DNA from: Bryobacterales bacterium
GTDB taxonomy: Bacteria; Acidobacteriota; Terriglobia; Bryobacterales; UBA6623
DNA length: 64,000 nt
Assembly (NCBI GenBank): GCA_965248105.1
Contig: CBDFIK010000005.1
Location: forward strand, 120,232 to 184,231
Direction of reading: 5' to 3'
The notes beneath the pieces were generated by a model. That model made no database searches and was not told where the DNA came from. It saw nothing but the letters and a program-made list of their open reading frames with translations. This document shows, piece after piece, positions 1 to 8,879 of this stretch (the stretch's first letter is position 1; every line of letters begins with the position of its first letter). The position numbers and the translations under genes are program-made.

Positions 1-579
1 CGACTGCAAGGCGGACGAGAGGTTGTAGCCCACCGAATAACGCTTCCATTGATTACTCGTGTCGAAGTCAACCTCGACCACCTGCGAAGCCGTGTCCCCG
101 ATTTGAAGTTTCGCGCCCGAGTCCGCCGTGCGAGCCCAAACGCTGCCTGCGTAACGGAACGACGCCGGGGCGCTTATCACCTGAGACACCGTCCCGACCA
201 GTCCTGGGTTTGTCAATTGTCCGGCCCCGCTTCCCCCGACTGGGTCGGGCTGACCGTCCAGCACCGAAACGCCCCCGCTCTTCTGCCACACGGCTTCGCT
301 GAACTGCTCGGACCACGCGAGCAGATTGGCGCCAGGCTCTAGGAACAGAAAAGTCTGCAGACGTCCTTCCACTTGGTTGTGCAAGTCCTCGATGCTTTGC
401 CACTCCTGATCACTAAGCTGGTGAACCGCGAGTTCCCAGGCCCGTTCGTGGTAGTCGACATCGGTAAAGCGGATCTCCGAGCCATCGGCGGCCTGATTCA
501 CTAAGGTTCGGAAGCGAAGCTCTTTGCGAAAAGGGAACTGCGCCACGGCGCCGCTTGATAATTGAGGGAATACAGTCAT
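1..579 (-). CDS. phage tail/host-specificity-like protein with a DUF2460 (TIGR02217)-like N-terminus; C-terminus lies beyond the left window edge
   Basis: Absent from the ORF track because it has no stop in the window. ATG at 579-577 (minus). Hand translation MTVFPQLSSGAVAQFPFRKELRFRTLVNQAADGSEIRFTDVDYHERAWELAVHQLSDQEW... stays open to position 1. The N-terminus is paralogous to the upstream 119-aa ORF, and the start overlaps that ORF's stop (TGATG). Confidence 0.6.
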   Translation of the reverse strand, partial: MTVFPQLSSGAVAQFPFRKELRFRTLVNQAADGSEIRFTDVDYHERAWELAVHQLSDQEWQSIEDLHNQVEGRLQTFLFLEPGANLLAWSEQFSEAVWQKSGGVSVLDGQPDPVGGSGAGQLTNPGLVGTVSQVISAPASFRYAGSVWARTADSGAKLQIGDTASQVVEVDFDTSNQWKRYSVGYNLSSALQS

Positions 580-938
580 CACGCCGCCGGTGCCACCACG
601 ATCAGCTGCGTACCATTGCCAAACTCGCCATCGACCCGGGATCCCATGTGATCCAGTGCAAGACGGCAACCCGTGACCACCGTGCCGTTCCACGGATCCT
701 CAAAGTCGAAGGTTCCAAATCGGCCCTGCCGCTGTTCGAAGAAGCCCGTCAGCTCAGCCAGTTCACTCTCATCCAGTTGTGAGAGCGAGATCACCCAACG
801 TCTTCGGCCCCCCCGCAGGTCACGATACCGCTGCTCGGATCCGTCCAGGAAGCTCTTGACCGATGTGGAGAAACGAAGCTCTCGAGTGGCCGGATACTGC
901 GCGACTACGCCCGTTCTCAGCTTCGGGAAATCACTCAT
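579..938 (-). CDS. DUF2460-like phage tail protein (short paralogue)
   Basis: 119-aa ORF. The pattern FP.L..G...Q.P ... L..FF..R.GR...F.F.DP resembles the GTA g12/DUF2460 family as I recall it. It sits in the tail module. Confidence 0.55.
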   Translation of the reverse strand: MSDFPKLRTGVVAQYPATRELRFSTSVKSFLDGSEQRYRDLRGGRRRWVISLSQLDESELAELTGFFEQRQGRFGTFDFEDPWNGTVVTGCRLALDHMGSRVDGEFGNGTQLIVVAPAA

Positions 939-947
939 GAGTCACTC

Positions 948-1199
948 TTACCTTGTAAGCTGTCCCAGACAAGACTTTCTGATCGTCCTGGCGGCGTGGT
1001 GCACGCTTTCGAGCCCGACATTTCCGAATCTATAGTGAACTCGTCTCCCGGACAGTCCACTAGCGAGACCCCAGTCCTTGGTTGGCCGGGACCAACCATA
1101 GTTGGATGCGCTACCGGTCGGCGCACAGGCCAGAACGTCGCCGCCGTAAGTTAGCCTGGCGGATGCACACCGACCGGAAGCGCTATGGCCACACGCCAA
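948..1199 (-). CDS. hypothetical phage protein
   Basis: 83-aa ORF that exactly fills the gap between neighbouring same-strand phage genes (stop 1208 upstream, start 938 downstream). No recognisable motif. Confidence 0.3.
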   Translation of the reverse strand: MACGHSASGRCASARLTYGGDVLACAPTGSASNYGWSRPTKDWGLASGLSGRRVHYRFGNVGLESVHHAARTIRKSCLGQLTR

Positions 1200-1207
1200 A
1201 AGCTCCC

Positions 1208-1546
1208 TTAGTCGAGAGTCCGAAACACAGGGATCAGCACGCGATCCGCCGTCTGATTCACAGCTACCCCGCCCGATTCCGACTTGAATTTCAGGTACGC
1301 CACTCCAACGAATTTCGTGAAATCCAGGGGCACAAACTGATCAGCGGCGGCCTGAGCCGTGAGCGGAGAACCGAACTCTGAAATATCCGAAAAGTTTGTG
1401 TTCTCGTAGCTCGCGCTAAACCCAATGTCCGCCGCGTCCCATGCGCTTGGCATGTAAACCCCAACAATCGTCTCGGAGACGAGCTCGAGGACGGAAGACT
1501 CGCTCTGGCCTGAGGAAATAACAACTTGTCCGGTTTTCGGCTGCAT
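1208..1546 (-). CDS. hypothetical phage tail-module protein
   Basis: 112-aa ORF. Its start abuts the stop of the upstream gene at 1546, and it is co-oriented within the tail module. Confidence 0.5.
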   Translation of the reverse strand: MQPKTGQVVISSGQSESSVLELVSETIVGVYMPSAWDAADIGFSASYENTNFSDISEFGSPLTAQAAADQFVPLDFTKFVGVAYLKFKSESGGVAVNQTADRVLIPVFRTLD

Positions 1547-2142
1547 TACGCCACCTCCTTCTCAATTTCTGTGTAGTCTGACCAAAGGTGCGGCGGTACA
1601 TAGGGGTGCCGCTTCTCCGACTCGATCCCATGGGCCACCAGACGTATCTGGTAGAGGGCCACCTCGTGATGGGGATAGTTCAGCGCTGCCCATGCTGTTG
1701 TCTCGAAGTCTCTCATTTGGGAATCCGGGAAACGGGCCATGTGTCCGTAACGGCCCTCGTAGAACTTAGGCGAGCCCATGTCCCAGCTCTGATAGATTCC
1801 TTCCGCTGCCCCTTGCTGCGACTCAGAAGCCCACTCCGGCAGGCCTACCCCCTTGAAGTACTTCAGATCCTGCTCCCACCGCAGCTCCACGGCTTTGAAT
1901 GCATCAAACGGTCGCGGGGTGTCCAAAAACTCGGCCGCCCTCGGACGCGATCCAAAAATCTCCAGAAACCCGGGTGGCAGTTTCGCCGATTCCCGTCGTT
2001 GCCGGTCTACTTTCCAAGGTGCGGACGTCGTAAACGGGTTCACGACCCACCACTCCCCGCCGAATTCCGGCGGTGCCTGACGGTAAGGACCCATCGGATA
2101 CTTCCAGTGGTCTGGAATCTCTTTGTAATGTGGTGCGCTCAT
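1546..2142 (-). CDS. hypothetical phage tail-module protein
   Basis: 198-aa ORF, tightly packed in the same-strand cluster downstream of the tape-measure-like gene. Confidence 0.55.
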   Translation of the reverse strand: MSAPHYKEIPDHWKYPMGPYRQAPPEFGGEWWVVNPFTTSAPWKVDRQRRESAKLPPGFLEIFGSRPRAAEFLDTPRPFDAFKAVELRWEQDLKYFKGVGLPEWASESQQGAAEGIYQSWDMGSPKFYEGRYGHMARFPDSQMRDFETTAWAALNYPHHEVALYQIRLVAHGIESEKRHPYVPPHLWSDYTEIEKEVA

Positions 2143-2171
2143 AGTTGTTCATCTCCAATTAGTTGTGCGAG

Positions 2172-2820
2172 CTAAACCTCGCCGATGAGGTCGTTCACGG
2201 GGTGCATGTGCAACATCGCGTCTCGAACAGCCCTCGCGATGTCGTTCGAGCGGTCCATAAACGACTGTGTGTCCATGGCATTGACATTAACAACGACCTG
2301 CGGCTGCACGGCTGGGGTCGCCTCGGGCTGAATCTCTCTCACTGCACCCCTCTGTCCCCGAGCTATTCGCGGAAATCCAGCCAAAATGTGGTCCGCGTTG
2401 TTGGCAACTTCAAGGGAGAGACTCGGCGGAAACTCAAAAGTGGAAAATACGGGCGGCGCTTTCTTCTTGCCAAACAGACCCGCGATCTTTACGCCTAGTC
2501 CGGCTAGCCCGAAACCACTCTTCAGAAATCCACCTAGTCCGCCCTGCCCCCGCAGACCACCTCCGAAGCCCGAAAACAGGCCCTTCAAGCTCGTAAAAGC
2601 CGAACTGCTCTTTTCTAGTGCCCTCGTGTTCGCAGTCAGTCCCGAGCCGAGATCCTGCACCGCTCTCGCCGTCCGGTTCAGGGCCTGTTCCACGCCGGAG
2701 GCTGAATGGCTCCCAACACCGAAACTTCTTGGCGCTTCTGGGACCCTTGGATCACCACCGGTTCGCAACGTCTTCGCCAAAGCTCCGGGCCGCCCTGCGC
2801 CTGTGAGAACGGCGCTGACA
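2172..2820 (-). pseudogene. tape-measure-like phage gene, C-terminal 216 codons, separated from its start by the IS21 insertion
   Basis: The frame of the 202-aa ORF (TTG at 2780) stays open upstream to 2820, the IS junction. Glycine-rich hydrophobic stretch GLFSGFGGGLRGQGGLGGFLKSGFGLAGLG. It lies directly after the G/GT chaperones. Joining 5472-5405 to 2820-2172 gives one 238-codon ORF. Confidence 0.55.
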
Positions 2821-2882
2821 AACTAGACCACATAGCGGCGGTGTGAAGGCTCCCAGAGGAGGCGGAGGACCAAGCCGCTGAT

Positions 2883-4427
2883 GTGGTCCGCAAGCATCCC
2901 CGAGGTGTTTTGTGGAACACCGGAGGGATGTATCGGGTGGAGCTATACGTTCAAGTACGACGAAGTGTCTGCGTCGAAGGGCTAAGCGAACGCGAAGCAG
3001 CACGGCGCTTTGGGATTGCTCGCGAGACCGTGCGCAAGATGTTGCGCTACCGGATTCCGCCGGGCTATCGGCGGAGCAAACCGGCGAGGCGTCCCAAACT
3101 GGAGGCCTTCACAGGGATCATCGATCAGATCCTGACCGACGATCGGGAGCGTCCGAGGAAACAACGCCACACCGCACAGCGCATCTTTGACCGCCTCCGC
3201 GACGAGTACGGGTTCACAGGCGGCTACACGACCGTCAAGGACTACGTACGCGAGAAGAAGCTGGGCGGACAAGAGATGTTCGTGCCGCTGACGCATCCGC
3301 CGGGTGACGCCCAGGCGGACTTCGGCGAAGCGGTCGTCGTCATCAACGGAGTGCAGCGCAAGGCGCACTTCTTGGTCGTCGATCTGCCGCATAGCGATGA
3401 CGCATTCGTGAAAGCGTTTCCGGCCGAGACGACGGAGGCATTCTGCGAGGGGCACAATGCGGCGTTTCGCTATTTTGGCGGCGTGCCGCGCAGCATCGTC
3501 TACGACAACACGAAGCTAGCGGTGGCGAGGATCCTGGGAGACGGCACACGCCAGAGGACCCGTGTCTTCTCCGAGCTGCAGTCACATTATCTGTTCGCCG
3601 ACCGTTTCGGGCGGCCGGGCAAGGGCAACGACAAAGGCAAAGTGGAAGGGTTGGTGGGCTATGCGCGGCGCAACTTTATGGTGCCGATCCCCAGGTTCTC
3701 AAGTTGGGAAGCCTTCAACGAACACCTCGAAGCGAAGTGCCGCAAGAACCGTGGACGGCGCTTGCGGCGACACTCGGAAACGATCGGTGAGCGTTTCGAG
3801 CGCGACCGCCAGGCGTTTCTGACGTTGCCTGCTGTCGGGTATGACGCTTGCGACAAGCGCACGACGCGGGTGACGTCGTTGTCGCTGGTGCGCTATCGGA
3901 CCAACGACTACTCGGTTCCGACGCGCTACGGCCACCGCGAAGTACTGCTGAGAGCTTACGTCGATGAGGTGGTCATCGGCTGCGGCAGCGAAGAGATCGC
4001 CCGGCATCGGCGCAGCTACGAACGCGAGGAGTTGATCTTCGATCCGCTGCATTACCTGGCCTTGCTGGAGCGCAAGACGAACGCGCTGGATCAAGCCGCG
4101 CCGCTCGTCGGTTGGCAGTTACCGCAAGATCTCGTGCGTTTGAGACGCTTGCTCGAAGTGCGGCTGGGTAAACCAGGCAAGCGCGAGTACGTGCAGGTGC
4201 TGCGTTTACTCGAAGACTTCCCGCTCACCGACGTCACCGCCGCCGCGCGGCAGGCCGTTGAGTTGGGAACGATCGGCTTCGACGCCGTCAAGCACCTCGT
4301 CCTGTGTCGGATCGAGCAACGGCCGCCCCGCTTGGACTTGACGCAGTATCCGCACTTACCCACAGCACAAGTCGAACAGACATCGACAACAGATTATTTG
4401 GTGCTGCTGGCACAGGGAGTGGACTGA
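2883..4427 (+). CDS. istA: IS21-family transposase IstA
   Basis: 514-aa ORF with an N-terminal HTH (GLSEREAARRFGIARETVRKML), a DDE integrase core, and a typical istA-istB arrangement. The start may instead be the ATG at 2928. Confidence 0.9.
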   Translation: MVRKHPRGVLWNTGGMYRVELYVQVRRSVCVEGLSEREAARRFGIARETVRKMLRYRIPPGYRRSKPARRPKLEAFTGIIDQILTDDRERPRKQRHTAQRIFDRLRDEYGFTGGYTTVKDYVREKKLGGQEMFVPLTHPPGDAQADFGEAVVVINGVQRKAHFLVVDLPHSDDAFVKAFPAETTEAFCEGHNAAFRYFGGVPRSIVYDNTKLAVARILGDGTRQRTRVFSELQSHYLFADRFGRPGKGNDKGKVEGLVGYARRNFMVPIPRFSSWEAFNEHLEAKCRKNRGRRLRRHSETIGERFERDRQAFLTLPAVGYDACDKRTTRVTSLSLVRYRTNDYSVPTRYGHREVLLRAYVDEVVIGCGSEEIARHRRSYEREELIFDPLHYLALLERKTNALDQAAPLVGWQLPQDLVRLRRLLEVRLGKPGKREYVQVLRLLEDFPLTDVTAAARQAVELGTIGFDAVKHLVLCRIEQRPPRLDLTQYPHLPTAQVEQTSTTDYLVLLAQGVD

Positions 4428-5188
4428 TGGCGAGATCCAAACTGCTGCTGGAAGCTCATCTGAAAGCACTGCGGCTGCCGACCTTCTTACGCGAGTACGA
4501 CAAGGTGGCACGGCAGTGCGCCACGGAGGGCTTGGATGCGAGACGCTTTCTGCTGCAACTGTCCGAGCTCGAACTGCTCGACCGTGAACGCCGAGCGACC
4601 GAGCGGCGCATCAAGGCCGCCAAGTTCCCGGTCACGAAAACCCTTGATACGTTCGACTTCCTGGCGTTACCCAAGTTGAACAAGAAGCTGGTGCTCGAGC
4701 TGGCACACGGAGAGTTCATCGACCGTCGCGAGAACGTGTTGGCTCTAGGAAACTCCGGCACGGGGAAAACGCATCTCGCTCTGGCGCTGGGACTGGCGGC
4801 CTGCCAGGGTGGCTATCGGGTTCGCTTCACTACCGCCGCAGCGCTGGTCAACGAGCTGCTGGAAGCCCGTGATGAGCGGCGCTTGCTGAGGGCCCAAAAG
4901 CAGCTCGCCAAGCGAGACCTGCTGATCGTCGATGAACTGGGCTACGTGCCGCTGTCGAAGACCGGAGCGGAGTTGCTGTTCGAAACCTTCTCACAGCGCT
5001 ACGAGCAGGGCTCCACGATGGTGACCTCGAACCTGCCGTTCAACGAGTGGACCGAAGTCCTCGGGTCCGAGCGCATGACCGGCGCCCTGCTGGATCGGCT
5101 CACTCACCACGTCCACATCCTGGAGATGAACGGCGATAGCTTCCGCCTCAAGCAGAGCAAGAAGCAACGCTCTCCGTCTTCGGATTGA
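4427..5188 (+). CDS. istB: IS21-family ATP-binding helper IstB
   Basis: MARSKLLLEAHLKALRLPTF... with Walker A GNSGTGKTHLA and Walker B LLIVDELG. The ATG overlaps the istA stop. Confidence 0.9.
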   Translation: MARSKLLLEAHLKALRLPTFLREYDKVARQCATEGLDARRFLLQLSELELLDRERRATERRIKAAKFPVTKTLDTFDFLALPKLNKKLVLELAHGEFIDRRENVLALGNSGTGKTHLALALGLAACQGGYRVRFTTAAALVNELLEARDERRLLRAQKQLAKRDLLIVDELGYVPLSKTGAELLFETFSQRYEQGSTMVTSNLPFNEWTEVLGSERMTGALLDRLTHHVHILEMNGDSFRLKQSKKQRSPSSD

Positions 5189-5316
5189 TCCCCGCCGGCT
5201 CGCCACAGTTTTTGTGAGCCGCCTTCCACTCCGCCTTCAGCCGCCCTAACGGGCGACCTCAGGCTGCGTTCCAGCCGTCCCACAAAAACTCGAACCAAAA
5301 CCCCGACTCCCCCCCC

Positions 5317-5397
5317 ACTGGTCTATTTTTGCTCCGCCGCTCTACCCCAAAACTGGTCTATTCTCCCTCCGCCGAACTGGTCTAATTTTGCTCCGCC
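5317..5397 (+). repeat. IS21 right-end subterminal direct repeats (3 copies)
   Basis: ACTGGTCTATTTTTGCTCCGCC (5317-5338), ACTGGTCTATTCTCCCTCCGCC (5352-5373) and ACTGGTCTAATTTTGCTCCGCC (5376-5397). These are typical multi-repeat IstA binding sites. Confidence 0.8.
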
Positions 5398-5404
5398 CTT
5401 GACA

Positions 5405-5472
5405 GTCAGCGTTTGCAGCGCCTTCGTTGTTTCACGTTGCGCTGCGGCCAGATCCTGGAAATCATTCGCCAC
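5405..5472 (-). pseudogene. tape-measure-like phage gene, first 22 codons (5' fragment cut off by IS21)
   Basis: GTG at 5472-5470 overlaps the stop of the upstream T-frame ORF and is preceded by GGAAGTGGGAGA. It translates to MANDFQDLAAAQRETTKALQTL and then runs into the IS end. Confidence 0.5.
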
Positions 5473-5827
5473 GTCGTTGGTTCTCCCACTTCCTCAATTC
5501 GCCGGACAACAACACAAAGGCGTCCACCCGCCGCGCGGGCCACTCTCCGAGGTCTGCTCCCCGGTCGAGCGCTCGGTGCGCGAGAAAATCCTCGACCCAC
5601 GCCGCGCTCTCGCCGCTAATGTAGCTGACCGGACACTCGTCAAGCGTCACTCGCGGCTCTCCCTGGATAGCGATCGAACTCACCCAGACAATTGACGAAG
5701 ATTGATCTCGGCTTCCTTCGATCCAGCCGCAGCGGCGCTTCTTTTCCAGGCCTACGCTCCGACAGTCGTCGCATTTCCACCGGGCCTGGTGTCCTTGCAA
5801 GAAGTGGAATGCGACTCGGAGTTTTTT
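5462..5827 (-). CDS. -1 frame extension of the tail assembly chaperone (gpT-like part of a G-T fusion)
   Basis: The -1 frame relative to the 144-aa ORF is open from the slippery site at 5827 to the stop at 5462 (..KKLRVAFHFLQGHQARWKCDDCRSVG..). It has no good independent start. Confidence 0.5.
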   Translation of the reverse strand, partial: KKLRVAFHFLQGHQARWKCDDCRSVGLEKKRRCGWIEGSRDQSSSIVWVSSIAIQGEPRVTLDECPVSYISGESAAWVEDFLAHRALDRGADLGEWPARRVDAFVLLSGELRKWENQRRGE

Positions 5828-6186
5828 GACTCTTCCTCGTTGAGTCCGGCTTCACGGCGAACAGCCTCCAAGACCTCGTGGACGAGCCCCTCGGGACCGC
5901 TTTCCAGCAAAGTCTCTGGAGTAGCCGCCTCGCCATCGATCTCCAGACCCTCCACAGCCACCAGTCCCCATCGGCCGTAGTGTCGGTCTATTTCGCCCGC
6001 CAGCAGCGCCGTTTCTGCTTCCTGGGTCGGCCCTTGCTCACCAGCTGCCATGAACTCCAGCCGGCCCAGCAACTCCTTGACCTGCCGTGTAAGATCCAAC
6101 CGACGACCGAACGACATCCGCCGAATCGTAAACCTTACACCGGGGAACTCTTTCGATTCGATCGCAACTACGCTCTCGTATTTCAT
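5752..6186 (-). CDS. tail assembly chaperone (gpG-like)
   Basis: 144-aa acidic ORF between the tail tube gene and the tape-measure-like gene. It carries an A_AAA_AAC slippery heptamer near its 3' end. Confidence 0.6.
   Translation of the reverse strand: MKYESVVAIESKEFPGVRFTIRRMSFGRRLDLTRQVKELLGRLEFMAAGEQGPTQEAETALLAGEIDRHYGRWGLVAVEGLEIDGEAATPETLLESGPEGLVHEVLEAVRREAGLNEEESKNSESHSTSCKDTRPGGNATTVGA
5821..5827 (-). promoter_or_regulatory. candidate -1 programmed ribosomal frameshift site A_AAA_AAC
   Basis: Codons TCA AAA AAC (S120 K121 N122) of the gpG-like ORF. Plus strand reads GTTTTTT at 5821-5827. The -1 frame downstream is open for about 120 codons. Confidence 0.5.
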
Positions 6187-6189
6187 CGC

Positions 6190-7362
6190 TTACCCAAATG
6201 CAACGACCATCTCATCTTCGGCAACACCCTGCGCTCGAGAATCCCGGAAGACCCATTGCAAGATCCTCTCGTCGTCGTTGAACTCCGGCAGTTGCGGGAC
6301 CACATTGGGCATGTAGGCTCCCATCAATTGCCCCGCTGCCTCGCCAAGCTGGAACATCACGCCAATGGGAGTTTCGCTGCGAGCTGCCGTGTACAGACTC
6401 CGTGTGACCGCGTCATCGACCTCGAACAACTCGAAATTCGCGATTACCCTTCGCACCCCGGCGGCGATGCACTGCGGCACCGACGTCCCGAACTCACGGT
6501 TGCGAAGGTCGATGTCGTTGTCCAATTCGACCACAGCGCTCGTCACCGTCAAGAATTTGTTCGTCGGACTGCCCAGCCAGGCCTGTCCCAGGTTTCCGGG
6601 TATCGGAAGACCCGTACTGCCGCTCACGGTAGGCTCACTGGGAAACGTGCTCAGTCCCCCTTGCCCTGATGTGAATGACTCACTGTCGATCACATCCTGT
6701 GCCTGCCCGGAAAACTCCATCTCGTGATAATCGCCATTGATCTTGATCTGAAATCGATCACAGGCAGCGCCCGATAAAACGCGGTCAATCGCTCCCGTTG
6801 GATCCCAGTAGTCGAAAACCGACGCACTGGGCAACTCTGCCGCCGGGAAGTAGCTTACTGCCGCTCCAAACGTCTCCCCGGAATTCGGAGCCGCCCCAAA
6901 AGGCGCATTGACGTCCACGGTCGTCGATGTGACTACACTCTCGACGAACCGCATCTCACCGTTGAAAACAAAAGCCTGACCCTGAGCCAATCCATGGCTG
7001 CCGCTGAAGACAATCTGCGTCGTTGTGGAGCCGCTGCCGGCTGTCCCGCCGGAGAACGTCAGTGGACTGGCCCCCAGAGCAGCCTGTACCAGGGGGCCTA
7101 CCACCGGCGGTGAGCTCGGTGTGGCGTTGTTAATTAGGTACGTCTGCAAGCTAAACTCTGTAACCTTTCGCCCCCCAGGGGAGACTCCAACGTAGGTTCG
7201 GCCCCCTGTTTTATCCCGCCGCTCGCGAAGCTCCAGCTCCTGCCGGATTCCCAACTTGAGTGCCGCGATTCGGTTCGCAGCCGTGATCGCCGGAACAGTC
7301 CCGTAACTCGGCTCCAGCTCCACGTAGAAGCGGTTTTGATTCGACAATACGCAGTTCGGCAT
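6190..7362 (-). CDS. major tail (tube) protein, putative
   Basis: 390-aa ORF that ends 3 nt before the gpG-like start. The call rests on position only. Confidence 0.5.
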   Translation of the reverse strand: MPNCVLSNQNRFYVELEPSYGTVPAITAANRIAALKLGIRQELELRERRDKTGGRTYVGVSPGGRKVTEFSLQTYLINNATPSSPPVVGPLVQAALGASPLTFSGGTAGSGSTTTQIVFSGSHGLAQGQAFVFNGEMRFVESVVTSTTVDVNAPFGAAPNSGETFGAAVSYFPAAELPSASVFDYWDPTGAIDRVLSGAACDRFQIKINGDYHEMEFSGQAQDVIDSESFTSGQGGLSTFPSEPTVSGSTGLPIPGNLGQAWLGSPTNKFLTVTSAVVELDNDIDLRNREFGTSVPQCIAAGVRRVIANFELFEVDDAVTRSLYTAARSETPIGVMFQLGEAAGQLMGAYMPNVVPQLPEFNDDERILQWVFRDSRAQGVAEDEMVVAFG

Positions 7363-7520
7363 CTTGCTTCCTTCCTGATCTCAGTTCAGGGTGCGCTTCC
7401 TTCCACCACCCGGAGCGGATTGTTTCCGCTCATCAAACGACAGAACTTCTCTTCGCCACCGCCACCGTGTCTCGCCATCAACGCACCAACCCGAATCCGT
7501 CCTGCCTCGCGCAAGCCGCA

Positions 7521-8015
7521 CTACGCGTGCGCCTGAATTTCAATCTCTACCCGCGCTGTTTGCAGAAAATTCTGCCCTCCCTGCTGGATCTGCTGAAACT
7601 TCACCCGGATTTCGCCGTTGTAGGCAAGATTGTCCGTCCATTGCCCCTGATGGTTCTCCAACACGGCCGTTAGCGCCTCGACATAACGGGCTAATTGTGG
7701 TTCCAGTCCCACGATCCGCTCTTCGGTAACGCGGACGTCGGCGACCACGAAGATCAGCCCGGAAAACTTGCTGAACTTCTCGATCAGCCGGTTGTCCAAC
7801 CGGTCGCTGTAAAGGTAGACCGCCGGATAGACCACCGGCTCATTGCTGTCCGCCAGGGCGGCCGGCACGTTCTGAAACAGAACCGTCTCATCCATCAACG
7901 GAGCCAGATACGACATGTTCCGGCCGCCAATCACCGCTAGCTCCGCGTTGATGCCGTCACTCGCCAGCAGAAATGTGCGCAGACTCTCTAGAGCCGCCAA
8001 ACAAAGATTAGCCAC
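7521..8015 (-). CDS. phage head-tail joining/tail completion protein, putative
   Basis: 164-aa ORF in the neck position between the head and tail modules. Confidence 0.45.
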   Translation of the reverse strand: MANLCLAALESLRTFLLASDGINAELAVIGGRNMSYLAPLMDETVLFQNVPAALADSNEPVVYPAVYLYSDRLDNRLIEKFSKFSGLIFVVADVRVTEERIVGLEPQLARYVEALTAVLENHQGQWTDNLAYNGEIRVKFQQIQQGGQNFLQTARVEIEIQAHA

Positions 8016-8078
8016 CCTGATTCCCCTCCGCTCCGTTCAAGAACCCCTCGTCGATTCCCGCCAGATCCAGCGGGATCC

Positions 8079-8876
8079 TCACCCGCGCGACAGGAACCGG
8101 GGCACCGTCTTAAATACCTCCGGATCCTGCCCGCTCCCGAGCAGCTCTCCAACGACCAATCCCGATCCCGGCATCGACCACGGCGTGCCCAAATCCAGCG
8201 GCTGAGAGTTTTGCCGGGTGGCCTTGCCACTCGCCTCGCCCACATACACGTTCCAGCCGGTTACGCCGCTCGGCGCGTTGGGCGGCGTCACGCGAAGTGC
8301 GTTCCCCGTGGGAACACTAATCGCCTGCTCGACGCTTCCCGCGCCTTCCGAGCTGTTGGCGCCAACCCATGTCGCGCGGGCGAATACCGCCATGGCGCCC
8401 AGAGTCGAGCTGACCCAATCCAGTGTCGGCAGCGGGGTCCGGGGGATCGGCGTCGTAGTAATCCCGATTCCGGTTTGGAACAGCAAGTCCGCCGCCCATC
8501 TCGCTAGCTCTTTGTACTCCTTCCACTTCGGCAAGTACTTGTCGTTGAGCTTGCGGTTATAGGCGTCGCGATACGCAATCGCTAGCGTTTGGAACGTGTG
8601 CCATAGCTTCAGCGGAGGGGTCACAACAATATTGCCGAGATCAATTCGTGATAGGTTCGTCTCGCCCCCGCTGGACTGCCACCCGGAGCCCTCCGTGAAG
8701 TAAACGTTCCCGGGACGCTGCGTCGCTGCCTCCAGCTCCGCTCCGACTTCCGTCTGGGCCAACTTCACCTTCGTCGCGAGGTCAATTCCTTCTGCTCCCG
8801 CAATCTCCGGCAGGTTCGCCTCATAGGCAATCAGATCGGAAATGTCGGACACGTTCTGGTCGGTGAATAGAGCCAT
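8079..8876 (-). CDS. hypothetical phage head-tail connector-region protein
   Basis: 265-aa ORF, co-oriented and packed tightly (4 nt) after the upstream gene. Confidence 0.5.
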   Translation of the reverse strand: MALFTDQNVSDISDLIAYEANLPEIAGAEGIDLATKVKLAQTEVGAELEAATQRPGNVYFTEGSGWQSSGGETNLSRIDLGNIVVTPPLKLWHTFQTLAIAYRDAYNRKLNDKYLPKWKEYKELARWAADLLFQTGIGITTTPIPRTPLPTLDWVSSTLGAMAVFARATWVGANSSEGAGSVEQAISVPTGNALRVTPPNAPSGVTGWNVYVGEASGKATRQNSQPLDLGTPWSMPGSGLVVGELLGSGQDPEVFKTVPRFLSRG

Positions 8877-8879
8877 GGC

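Larger units (their letters stand above)
2816..5404 (+). mobile_element. IS21-family insertion sequence (istA + istB)
   Basis: istA/istB pair with a TGATG overlap. Three ~22-bp subterminal direct repeats at the right end, with an inverted match at the left end (AACTAGACCACATAGCGGCGG versus the reverse complement of CCGCCGAACTGGTCTAATT). TGACA is present at both 2816-2820 and 5400-5404. The element proper is either 2821-5399 with a 5-bp TSD, or 2816-5404 with TG..CA ends. Confidence 0.85.

Noticed and set aside
2816-2820. TGACA at both IS21 junctions read as the terminal TG..CA inverted-repeat ends rather than a target duplication
   Set aside because: Not fully rejected. As inverted repeats the ends match 4 of 5 positions, and as direct repeats 5 of 5. 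Only the TSD reading restores the interrupted ORF in frame, so the TSD model is preferred.
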